64,000 nt of DNA from Piromyces finnis finn (Eukaryota > Fungi > Neocallimastigomycota): NCBI GenBank assembly GCA_002104945.1, contig MCFH01000025.1:558001-622000 (forward strand). The letters are read 5' to 3'. Shown piece after piece: positions 1 through 11,154 of the stretch. Positions within the stretch are counted from its first letter, which is position 1, and each line of letters begins with the position of its first letter. The notes below the pieces were generated by a model. It saw only the letters and a program-made list of their open reading frames with translations, was not told the origin of the DNA and made no database searches. A program made the position numbers and the translations under genes.

Positions 1-1728
1 AATATTGCTTTCATCTTCAATGATGGATTCATCGTAGGTGTCAGCATATTCTGGTTGACCAATGGATTCGAAGTATTCCTTGGTAACTAAATCGTTAGCA
101 CGGCTAACCTTGTAGTTTGGTTGGGCACAACCGTTTTCGGTAATGATAATACCGTTCTTAATTAAACCCTTGTAACGGTCAGCGAACCAGTTAAGACCAA
201 CACGGATAGTTGGACCGTACTTGGTGTTCCAGGAAGAACCAGCTTGGGAACCAAGAGTTGGTGGAATGCAGCTCCATCCTTCACCACGACCACGGCAGTT
301 ATCATCCCACATATCTTGCTTGGAAGTTTCGAAGCTAGCTTCGTCATCAGTTGGTGGTTGGACGTAAGTACCATCTTCGTTCTTAACTTGTTCAGCCCAG
401 TGAGCAGTGTAGGTGTTCCAACCTAAGAAGTCAGAAGATGATCCCTTTAAGAGCTTCTTTTCTTCTGGAGTGAAGACTGGCATATCCTTACCCATTCTTT
501 GCTTGACGGAAGCTGGGTAATCACCAACCATTGGTGGGTCAGAGTACCAACCAATACGGAATTCAGCTGCTAAGTTGGCGTACTTCTTGTTGTTTTCTAA
601 TTCTTCTGGAGTGGTGTTAGCGTCTTGCCATGGGATTTGAGCTTCACCATCAATGGTAATACCAATAAGACCCTTTTGCTTCTTTTGGAACTTCTTACGG
701 TAGACATTGACAGCCTTGGCGTGAGCAATAAGAATGTTGTGAGAACACCAGACATCTTCTAATCTTTGTGGAGCACGGTTAGCTGGAAGAACTTCAGCTC
801 CCTTGTAGTATTGAGATGGACCAATTTCGTAGGAACAACCTCCTTCTAAATCAAGTCCAGTAGTGTCGTTTTGGAGCTTACGTGGTGCTTCACCAGTACA
901 TCTGTATGGAGCCTTACCTGGACCAAGACGGTAACCAGAAACACAGTTAACCCATGGTTCGTTAATGGTGATCCATCCCTTAACACGGTCACCGAAGGTT
1001 TCGAAACAGTATTCGGCATACTTGGCGAAATCATCTTGGGAACGGTAATCTAACCAACCACCGTACTTTTCGTGAAGGGCGTATGGAAGATCCCAGTGGT
1101 AGAGAGTGGCGAGTGGAGTAATTTCGTTTTCAAGAAGAGTATCAATGACCATGTTGTAGTATTGGGTACCCTTTTCGTTAACGTTCCACTTACCATTAAC
1201 CTTCTTGGCTTCACCATCTGGGAAAAGACGAGACCAAGAGATGGAGAAACGGTAGTGGTTGGCCTTCATGATCTTCATCATCTTAACATCTTCATCGAAC
1301 TTGTGGTATGAATCACAAGCAACATTACCGTTGGTGGAATCTGGGTTGGTTCTATCACCAGATTCAACGTTCTTTGGGTAAAGGTGGGTGAAGTGATCCC
1401 AAACGGATTCACCACGACCATCTTCGTTCCAGGCACCTTCAACTTGGTAGGCAGCAGTAGCAGCACCCCACTTGAAGTCAGCTGGAAGCTTCTTCTTTGG
1501 AGTTTCTTCAGCAGATTCAACACTAGAATCTTCAACATCTTCAAGAGAACCGGTAACTTCAACAATTTCTTCGTCAGATGGAACGGCAACATCATCAGCA
1601 CCAGCAACATCTTCAACTTCAGAGTTGAGAGCAACATCATCAGCAGCTGGAGCAGAAGTGTCCTTAACGATACACTTCTTAGCAGCAGTAACAGCTAATA
1701 AAGTAGTGAAAACAGAGAGAGTCTTCAT
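1..1728 (-). CDS. Secreted GH1 beta-glucosidase, copy 1 (C-terminus runs off window start)
   Basis: ATG (cat at 1726-1728). DNA aligns to copy 2 at offset 3720, apart from a 45-bp insertion and a few point differences such as the synonymous SNP at 46. Not listed in the ORF track because its stop lies outside the window. Confidence 0.95.
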   Translation of the reverse strand, partial: MKTLSVFTTLLAVTAAKKCIVKDTSAPAADDVALNSEVEDVAGADDVAVPSDEEIVEVTGSLEDVEDSSVESAEETPKKKLPADFKWGAATAAYQVEGAWNEDGRGESVWDHFTHLYPKNVESGDRTNPDSTNGNVACDSYHKFDEDVKMMKIMKANHYRFSISWSRLFPDGEAKKVNGKWNVNEKGTQYYNMVIDTLLENEITPLATLYHWDLPYALHEKYGGWLDYRSQDDFAKYAEYCFETFGDRVKGWITINEPWVNCVSGYRLGPGKAPYRCTGEAPRKLQNDTTGLDLEGGCSYEIGPSQYYKGAEVLPANRAPQRLEDVWCSHNILIAHAKAVNVYRKKFQKKQKGLIGITIDGEAQIPWQDANTTPEELENNKKYANLAAEFRIGWYSDPPMVGDYPASVKQRMGKDMPVFTPEEKKLLKGSSSDFLGWNTYTAHWAEQVKNEDGTYVQPPTDDEASFETSKQDMWDDNCRGRGEGWSCIPPTLGSQAGSSWNTKYGPTIRVGLNWFADRYKGLIKNGIIITENGCAQPNYKVSRANDLVTKEYFESIGQPEYADTYDESIIEDESNI

Positions 1729-3450
1729 TTTTTTTTTTTTTAAACTTAAATTAATAAATATCTATTCTAAATTCTTTAATACCAAATTTTTTTTTGGTGG
1801 AATTTAAAGAAAAAAAATAAATTTATGGGAATTTTTTTCTTTTATATATGAAATGAATAATTTAAATTTTTAATATATGTTTTATTATTTCATATAATGT
1901 TTTATATTTTCTATGATTGACTCATATATTAATTGGACTATTGACAGGCACCATTTTTAATTTAATATAAAAATGATCTAAATATTTGTGTAACATTATT
2001 ACATTTAAAAAGTTTATGAGTTAAATTAAATTGAAGTTCTAAAATTAATAAAATTTCAGATAAATGAAATTATCATTATCAAATTATTATTTATTAAAGT
2101 TTAGATTCATGAAGTAACTTTAATTTTATATTGTATTATTCATCATTGGTATATTATACAATATATTTTATTAAATATGTATCATATATAATAATATTTA
2201 TTTAGTTGAAAAGTATAATTTATTATTGGCTAAAATTGAAAACAAAGGAGAAAATTTTTTATTTATTTATTCTATTTATTTATTTATTTTTTTAAAAATA
2301 AACAATGTTTCCATTACTTTATTATTATTTAAATAAATAAATAAAATAAATAAATTTTTTTAATTTAACTATTATTGAACTTTCAATGATTTAAGTTTAT
2401 CACATGATTATATATAAGTCTTATTTGTGGTGGATGGAAAGTTTAAATGATAATTAAAAGTGAATGAGACTATTTTGTAAATGAAACAAGACTATTTTTA
2501 TTTAAAATAACTAGTTGTTTTACAATCTTAAAAATTGTATAAAATATTGAATAATAATAACATTTAATAAAGATATAAAATAATAATAATAGTGTTTTAA
2601 TAATATTATTCTTCAACTACTACAATCATTATTAATGTTTTAATAGGCATAACTCTTAATTACAATCACTATTTTTTTTGATATGACATGTAAAATTGTT
2701 TAAAGTTCCTTTAATAGTTTGTTTGGTTAGCCCAATGAATTATACAACCAAATATGGTTCACCCATAAAAAAAAATGAAAGGTGTTCATTTAAAAGATTA
2801 TTAAATGAAAAAATTATTATCTATCTTAACTTTCTTTTTTATTATTAATATTATTATTATTCTAATAATTTTCATTTAATTAAATAAAAATAAAAAAAAA
2901 AGAACTTAACCTTTCCTTTATTTATAAATTATATATATAAATACACTCATTTATTCTTCTTATCCTACCTTTCCTGCTGCTGCGCTAAAATAAAAAATGT
3001 TTAAAAATACCAAGCTTTACAAAATGTATTATAAAATTTAAAAATAGATATAGTAACTATATTATTTATCATATATTATTTATATATAAATTTAATATCA
3101 TATTTAATAAAATATAAATTTTAAATTTCCTTTCTATTTATTTCATGTTTCAGAATTATTAAACTTTAAATTCTTTTTTAATTAATTTTTATTAATTTTA
3201 TTATTTATATTTTAATATATTTTTAAATATATTATTACTTTATTAAATATATGAATTATTTCTTATTATGTTTATTTATAATATTACTACAATCTACAAC
3301 ATTGAAAATAACTATTATTATTATTTCTATATCAAATAAAAATAATAACACTCAATATTATAATATTTTTATTTAGTATATTATTTTCAATATTACTAAT
3401 TTGAAATTTTTATATTTATAATTAAATTATAAAATTCAAATTTAAATAAT

Positions 3451-5403
3451 TTAAGCTTGTTCAACGTTTTCAAGGTACCATTGACCAAGGAATTCAAGAG
3501 ACTTCTTTGGAACACGAGTACGTTCGTCATCATTGTAGAAGTCAATGTAGGTCATACCGAAACGAGTTTCATAACCGTTTTCCCATTCAAAGTTATCAAC
3601 TAAAGACCAGGCCATGTAACCACGGACATCAACACCATCTTCGGCATAGGCAAGACGAAGGTTTTCAAGGTATTGAGCGTACCAGTCAATACGGTATTCA
3701 TCGTTAATAATGGATCCTTCAATATTGCTTTCATCTTCAATGATGGATTCATCGTAGGTGTCAGCGTATTCTGGTTGACCAATGGATTCGAAGTATTCCT
3801 TGGTAACTAAATCGTTAGCACGGCTAACCTTGTAGTTTGGTTGGGCACAACCGTTTTCGGTAATGATAATACCGTTCTTAATTAAACCCTTGTAACGGTC
3901 AGCGAACCAGTTAAGACCAACACGGATAGTTGGACCGTACTTGGTGTTCCAGGAAGAACCAGCTTGGGAACCAAGAGTTGGTGGAATGCAGCTCCATCCT
4001 TCACCACGACCACGGCAGTTATCATCCCACATATCTTGCTTGGAAGTTTCGAAGCTAGCTTCGTCATCAGTTGGTGGTTGGACGTAAGTACCATCTTCGT
4101 TCTTAACTTGTTCAGCCCAGTGAGCAGTGTAGGTGTTCCAACCTAAGAAGTCAGAAGATGATCCCTTTAAGAGCTTCTTTTCTTCTGGAGTGAAGACTGG
4201 CATATCCTTACCCATTCTTTGCTTGACGGAAGCTGGGTAATCACCAACCATTGGTGGGTCAGAGTACCAACCAATACGGAATTCAGCTGCTAAGTTGGCG
4301 TACTTCTTGTTGTTTTCTAATTCTTCTGGAGTGGTGTTAGCGTCTTGCCATGGGATTTGAGCTTCACCATCAATGGTAATACCAATAAGACCCTTTTGCT
4401 TCTTTTGGAACTTCTTACGGTAGACATTGACAGCCTTGGCGTGAGCAATAAGAATGTTGTGAGAACACCAGACATCTTCTAATCTTTGTGGAGCACGGTT
4501 AGCTGGAAGAACTTCAGCTCCCTTGTAGTATTGAGATGGACCAATTTCGTAGGAACAACCTCCTTCTAAATCAAGTCCAGTAGTGTCGTTTTGGAGCTTA
4601 CGTGGTGCTTCACCAGTACATCTGTATGGAGCCTTACCTGGACCAAGACGGTAACCAGAAACACAGTTAACCCATGGTTCGTTAATGGTGATCCATCCCT
4701 TAACACGGTCACCGAAGGTTTCGAAACAGTATTCGGCATACTTGGCGAAATCATCTTGGGAACGGTAATCTAACCAACCACCGTACTTTTCGTGAAGGGC
4801 GTATGGAAGATCCCAGTGGTAGAGAGTGGCGAGTGGAGTAATTTCGTTTTCAAGAAGAGTATCAATGACCATGTTGTAGTATTGGGTACCCTTTTCGTTA
4901 ACGTTCCACTTACCATTAACCTTCTTGGCTTCACCATCTGGGAAAAGACGAGACCAAGAGATGGAGAAACGGTAGTGGTTGGCCTTCATGATCTTCATCA
5001 TCTTAACATCTTCATCGAACTTGTGGTATGAATCACAAGCAACATTACCGTTGGTGGAATCTGGGTTGGTTCTATCACCAGATTCAACGTTCTTTGGGTA
5101 AAGGTGGGTGAAGTGATCCCAAACGGATTCACCACGACCATCTTCGTTCCAGGCACCTTCAACTTGGTAGGCAGCAGTAGCAGCACCCCACTTGAAGTCA
5201 GCTGGAAGCTTCTTCTTTGGAGTTTCTTCAGCAGATTCAACACTAGAATCTTCAACATCTTCAAGAGAACCGGTAACTTCAACAATTTCTTCGTCAGATG
5301 GAACGGCAACATCATCAGCAGCTGGAGCAGAAGTGTCCTTAACGATACACTTCTTAGCAGCAGTAACAGCTAATAAAGTAGTAAAAACAGAGAGAGTCTT
5401 CAT
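3451..5403 (-). CDS. Secreted GH1 beta-glucosidase, copy 2 (650 aa; similar to Neocallimastigomycota Cel1A/BglA-type enzymes)
   Basis: Signal peptide MKTLSVFTTLLAVTAA and acidic linker. GH1 motifs FKWGAATAAYQVEG, YRFSISWSR, TLYHWDLP, acid/base INEP, nucleophile ITENG, WSLVDNFEW. Intronless, no dockerin. Confidence 0.97.
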   Translation of the reverse strand: MKTLSVFTTLLAVTAAKKCIVKDTSAPAADDVAVPSDEEIVEVTGSLEDVEDSSVESAEETPKKKLPADFKWGAATAAYQVEGAWNEDGRGESVWDHFTHLYPKNVESGDRTNPDSTNGNVACDSYHKFDEDVKMMKIMKANHYRFSISWSRLFPDGEAKKVNGKWNVNEKGTQYYNMVIDTLLENEITPLATLYHWDLPYALHEKYGGWLDYRSQDDFAKYAEYCFETFGDRVKGWITINEPWVNCVSGYRLGPGKAPYRCTGEAPRKLQNDTTGLDLEGGCSYEIGPSQYYKGAEVLPANRAPQRLEDVWCSHNILIAHAKAVNVYRKKFQKKQKGLIGITIDGEAQIPWQDANTTPEELENNKKYANLAAEFRIGWYSDPPMVGDYPASVKQRMGKDMPVFTPEEKKLLKGSSSDFLGWNTYTAHWAEQVKNEDGTYVQPPTDDEASFETSKQDMWDDNCRGRGEGWSCIPPTLGSQAGSSWNTKYGPTIRVGLNWFADRYKGLIKNGIIITENGCAQPNYKVSRANDLVTKEYFESIGQPEYADTYDESIIEDESNIEGSIINDEYRIDWYAQYLENLRLAYAEDGVDVRGYMAWSLVDNFEWENGYETRFGMTYIDFYNDDERTRVPKKSLEFLGQWYLENVEQA

Positions 5404-6812
5404 TTTTTTAATTTATTTTTATTATTATTAAATATTTCTATAAAGGTTTATATTTTTATTCTATTTAATTTTTTATTAATTTTTTTTTTCAATTCTTAAT
5501 ACCAAATAATTTATTATTATTTTTTGGTTTAAATGAATTTACTTTTAATAATAAAAGTAAGGCCAAATGCCTTGATTTTTATATAAATTTCAAAATTTAA
5601 AATTTTTAATTGATTACTTTACCAATTTCATTTTCAGTTTTTTTTTTAAAAATATATTAAAAACTCAACCAATAATATTTTTTTAATTTTAAATATTGTA
5701 CTACACTTTTATTAATTTAACTTTATTTGTGTGATGTTCCAATTTAATATTTTCTAAACTAATTAGATTTAGCGTATATTAAAAAACATTTTTAATAAAT
5801 TAAACGATTGCGGATTATTATTCCGAAATGGAATTAATAAATAGAATAATATTATTGCTTTAAATTAAGCAAGGTTAGGTGGTTTTTCTTTTAAAAAAAA
5901 ATATGGATTAAAACACCTTGAAAGATAAATATTAAAATAGAGTGAAAATGAAATAATTATATATGTAAAGATACAAGTATATTTTATAAATATATATTTT
6001 TGGAATAGGGCTATATTAAAACATAGAAAAAAAAAATACATAGTATATACTATTAAAAGTACTATTTTCATAAACATTTACATTTTTTTTTTTCTTTTTA
6101 CTTTTTATTTGTACCCGTTTAGGTTTAGAGAAAAAAATTTTTAATATGCCAAATTTAGGCATATTAAATTTTATTTATTATTATAATTTTTTATTTTTAT
6201 TTTTATTTTTTTTGATACTATTGACCAGGTAAAAAGTTAATTTATCATGTTTTGTTTTTTGTAAAGAACAACGAAAAATCAATGAATGAACCTTTCTTTT
6301 GTTTATTATTTATGTTGATGAAAAATAAATTTATAAAGCTTTCTTATTATAATTAAAAAAAAGTTTTTTTCTTTATTCATTTCTATATTTTTAGATAAAA
6401 TATGTATAAATCGGCATTAGTTATGATGATGTTAAACAAATAAAAAAAAAAATACTTATTAATAAGTAAAACAAAGAATTATTTATGAAACTATTTGTGG
6501 TTAATTTGTATTTTAATTTGGTAAAAATAACACTTTATTCTGCAGTAATATTATGATAATAAACTTTAAATGGAATATTTTTTTACTTTAAAACATTTAT
6601 TAAAACTTTATTATTAATAAATACTATTTGATAGTATTTGGAATCCTAATCCACAAAATCAATATTCTTTTTATTGATGATCATGGGATTGGTAAAAAAA
6701 TGAATTTTATTTATTATTGTTGTTATTATTGTTATAATAATAATAATAATAATAAAATTTCATTATTTTCATTATTATTATTATTATTCTAATTATTATT
6801 ACATTATTATTA

Positions 6813-6956
<144 letters not shown>

Positions 6957-8959
6957 TAATTATTATTAATATTTATTATAGCATTAAAAGTTAAAAAGTT
7001 TTATCATCATTTCTTCACGTATGATTTGTTTATAGGCAACCAGAACCAGATCGTATCAGTGGTTATTCCATCATACTGGTAATTTTTTTTTTTGAAATGT
7101 TCTAATATGTAAAATGAAACTATTTTAATTTTCTTTTTTCTTCAATAAAATGTAATTAAAAAGACCTGAAAAACTTTAAATTAAGTAAATATTAAATTTA
7201 AATTAATTTTAATTCATTTAATTTAATATTTAATTTCTTTTAATAAAAAATAAATTAAAATAATAAAGTTTAAAAAAAATTTAATAAAGAATTAATATAT
7301 GAACCACTTTATTTGATTATATTATTATCATACATTTGAAATAATTAAAAATATTAGAGCAGATAAAACAAATTAAAACCAAACTTTATTTAATATTGTT
7401 TTTTAATTTCCATTTTGTGTTCAGCTATTTCTATAACAAAATGAAATTTAATTAATAAATAAAATTAAATTCGTTTTCAAAAAAATGAGAGAGAAAATTA
7501 ATTATTATTATTTTTAATTAAAAATTTAATTTATTAAAATAAACTTTATTAATAAATAAAAAACAATTATTTATTTTTTGTTTTTGTTAGACATGTCTTA
7601 AAAGTATTAGAGAGGTAGGTATGCAAAAGGTATGTTAAAAAGAATTGTTATTATTAAATATAATAGTATATAATAGTATGCTAAAAGCGGATATATGCAA
7701 ATAATATATAAGCAATTTAAACTGAAATGATATTTGAATGGTGTTGTATTAGCGATACATAAAAAAACAAGACAATAAAAGTATATTTACTGTTTATATA
7801 ATGGCTCAATATTAAATAAAATAGTGTTAAACACTGATGATATAAAAAAAAACATTTACATAAAAAAGTATTGAATAGGCCAAATATAAAAAACAAGTAT
7901 TTAATAATAAATAAATAGTTTTAGAAATAATGTATTAAAAGAAAAAAAGCAACATTAAAAAAGTATTTTTACTTTCAATTATTATATGCATTTGTGTGTC
8001 ATTTTAAAAGAAATAATACTTCAATAGTTCAGTAGTTTCAAATCTATAATAATGATTATATAATAAATATTAAGTAATTTTATATTTTTAAAATTTTAAA
8101 AATATACATCAATATAATTTATAAAAAAATGAATATAATATTTTTATAATTCTTTTATACTTGTGTTTGTGATACAAAGAATGATTTTTAGGATATCATA
8201 AAATTTTTTGTTTTTGTCTCGAGATGGATAAAAAAAAAAAAAACAGTGTTCTTCAATGACCAAAAGAAAAGATTTTTTTTTTTTTAAAAAAAAAAGAAAA
8301 AGTTCTATTTATTATGCATTATACATATATACATATATTTATGTATAATTTTTACATTAATGAAATTATATAGAATAATTTTAAATGTTTAATTTGTCAT
8401 TACTCATGATATTAAAAAAAGGAATACTATCTAAATTTATATTTTGATATGGTAAATTTTATTATTGTTTTTATCATTTTATTTTTCTTTCTTTCTTTTT
8501 TTTTTTTAAAAAAAAAAGAAAAATATAATTAAATATAGGTAATATAAGGATAATAATTAATAATTAATAATTAATAATAATTAATAATAATTAATAATAA
8601 ATTAAATATGTTATATGTTATAATATGGTCATTCTTTAATTTGATTTTTAAATTAACTCCAAAAAACCAGGATTTAGTTTTATCTTTATCCTTACTAACT
8701 TGTCTTACAATCCGTTCAGCATTGATATTCTTTGACTATTGATTTTAACCTAATTGATCATGAATTAGTATTCGCTAACAACGTATAATATTTTTTTTTT
8801 CTTTATTTTGTTTTTATTAAAAATTTTGTAATAACTATCAAAAATGAAGATCATTCATTTTTTTTTTTTATTTAATCAGAATAGAAATTTTTGAATTTCT
8901 TAAAAATTAAAGTTTTTTTTTTTTTTTTAAAGAAAAAAAAAATAAAATAAAAAGAATTA

Positions 8960-9600
8960 TAAAAAGTAAGACATCTTTAACCTACATTTTTCTTTTTTTT
9001 TTTTTTTTTGGAAAGAAAAAAAATCATAGAAATTTAAACATTATTTATTTATTCCAGTAGTTAGTTTAACCTTAAAATTTTTAAAATATTAATATTTAAA
9101 CAAATTTTTAAAATTCTTTCCTCGACTACCTAAATAATTCAATTTATGAAGAATAGTATTACTAGAATAAGGACGGAATCCTAGGCTTTCCTAAGAGATA
9201 AAAAAAAAAAAACTAGATATTTTTCTTTTTTTATTATTGTTATCTAATTCAAATCGATATTTACAACCTATTTCTTAAAAAAAAAAAAAAAAGAAAAAAA
9301 ACTAGACAACTTCATCTTTCGAGAAAAGCAAAATTGTTTTAGCCTAAGACCTGTATTATGAAATTCTAGTAGTGATAATTTTTGAATGTAAATTTGATAA
9401 ATGAAATAGAAATACTACAATAATTATCAAAATTTGTCAAGTCTTTCTTTCCCTTGAAAATACAAACAATATTGAATTCAATTCATTCTATAAGGTTGAA
9501 AAAGTTGTCACCTCAAATACTGTTGAAAATTTATATATAAATTTTTAATAAAGTAATGCTAAAAAGTCCTATTTTGAGAGGAACAATTTCCAAAAAATTA
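8960..9600 (-). mobile_element. Highly degenerate LINE RT fragment
   Basis: Colinear similarity by eye to 12880-13500 of the intact element, e.g. ctttcctcgactacctaaataattc vs cttacctcggattcctaaacaatc, and gttgaaaaagttgtcacctcaaatactgttg vs gttggggaagtctccatcccaaatacggttg. Confidence 0.7.
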
Positions 9601-9699
9601 TTATCAGAAAACATAATTCAATTATTTGTTGAATTAATATTTTATAAAAATCATTGCCTAATATTTTAGGATTAACAGTTAATCTAATTAAGAGGTTTT

Positions 9700-9995
9700 T
9701 ATTATATTATGTTAAGAGCCTTCACCCTCAAAGTCTTTCTATGATTACTATTGGCTATTAAAAGGAAAGAGGCGGATACAAGTTAGATGCTAGGATTGCT
9801 ATATCAGTTAAATTAATTAATTCAGTTTGTTCCAATTACTATTCGTATTGCAAAGGGTATCATCACTCGATTCAACATTGATTAATCAACTAATCAAAAT
9901 GTTAATGATATTTATATTAGCACAAACATTGCAAATTCTTTAGTTTAATTATTCAATTATATTAGCAATCAAATAGTTCTTTTAATAAATATAAA
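9700..9995 (+). mobile_element. Degenerate LINE C-terminal (Zn-knuckle) fragment
   Basis: tattggctattaaaaggaaagaggcggatacaagttagatgctagg matches tactggctattgaaagcaagaagcggatacaagttggatgctagag at about 58345-58390. Confidence 0.75.
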
Positions 9996-10196
<201 letters not shown>

Positions 10197-10307
10197 TAGA
10201 GTAGTAATAATAAAGGATTAAAAAAATAAAATAATATATGACAATACAGTTAAATTCATTAAATAAAGAAAAAAAAATAAAAAAATCTCTTAGTTTCTAC
10301 AAATTTA

Positions 10308-10810
10308 TTTTTTTTTTTTTTAACGGCATTAAATATTTTTACACTTTATTATTAATTTAATTAAAATTATAATACATATAACATTAAAATTTAAAAATAA
10401 AAATAAAAAAAAAGAAATTATGTTTAAATAAACACAAATGAATAAAAATTGGGTATAATGTACTCTAGTAATTAAAGTAAGAAAGCCACTATTATGCTAA
10501 AGTACAATGATTGAATTTGACTTCCAATGGGACACAGAGCCAAAGATCAAAATTTTATCATGGAACAAAATTATGATCTTCATTGGTTGCTCTAGTCCTA
10601 CTGTTTCTTCATCACTGACGCTTTTTACTGTTACTTCAAACCTTTTGAACATTGACCATTGCTAGTCAATATAACAAAAGGTATGATTTTGGTTAGAAGT
10701 TCCGCTGTTACCGTCAAGAATGGTATTCCTTCGTAAGTGCCCGATCGGGTCTGACTCTAAATTAGAATTATTATCCTCACTATTGCTATTATTACTAATA
10801 CTATTACTTC

Positions 10811-10849
<39 letters not shown>

Positions 10850-10850
10850 C
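10308..10850 (-). mobile_element. Older 5'-truncated LINE 3' end with poly(A) and an internal deletion
   Basis: T-run followed by aacggcatt..., a full 3' UTR and the ORF end homologous to 10872-11600. It jumps from ...tctgac to tctaaattagaatt, skipping roughly 160 bp. Confidence 0.9.
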
Positions 10851-10869
10851 TATACTCATAAAAGAGTTT

Positions 10870-10918
<49 letters not shown>

Positions 10919-11154
10919 GGCATCAAATATTTTAAACTTTATTATTAATTTAATTAAAATTATAATACATGTAATATAAAAATTAAAATAAAATAAAAAT
11001 AAAAAAAAATATGTTTAAATAAACACAAATGAATAAAAATTGGGTATAATGTATTCTAGTAATTTTAATTAAAGTAAGAAAGCCACTATCATACTAAAGT
11101 ATAATAATTGTATTTGACTTCCAATGGGACACCGAGCCAAAGATCAAAATTTTA

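Noticed and set aside
2228-2234. GGCTAAA XlnR-type site upstream of GH1 copy 1
   Set aside because: Single short match, not seen at the other CAZyme promoters. XlnR is an ascomycete regulator.
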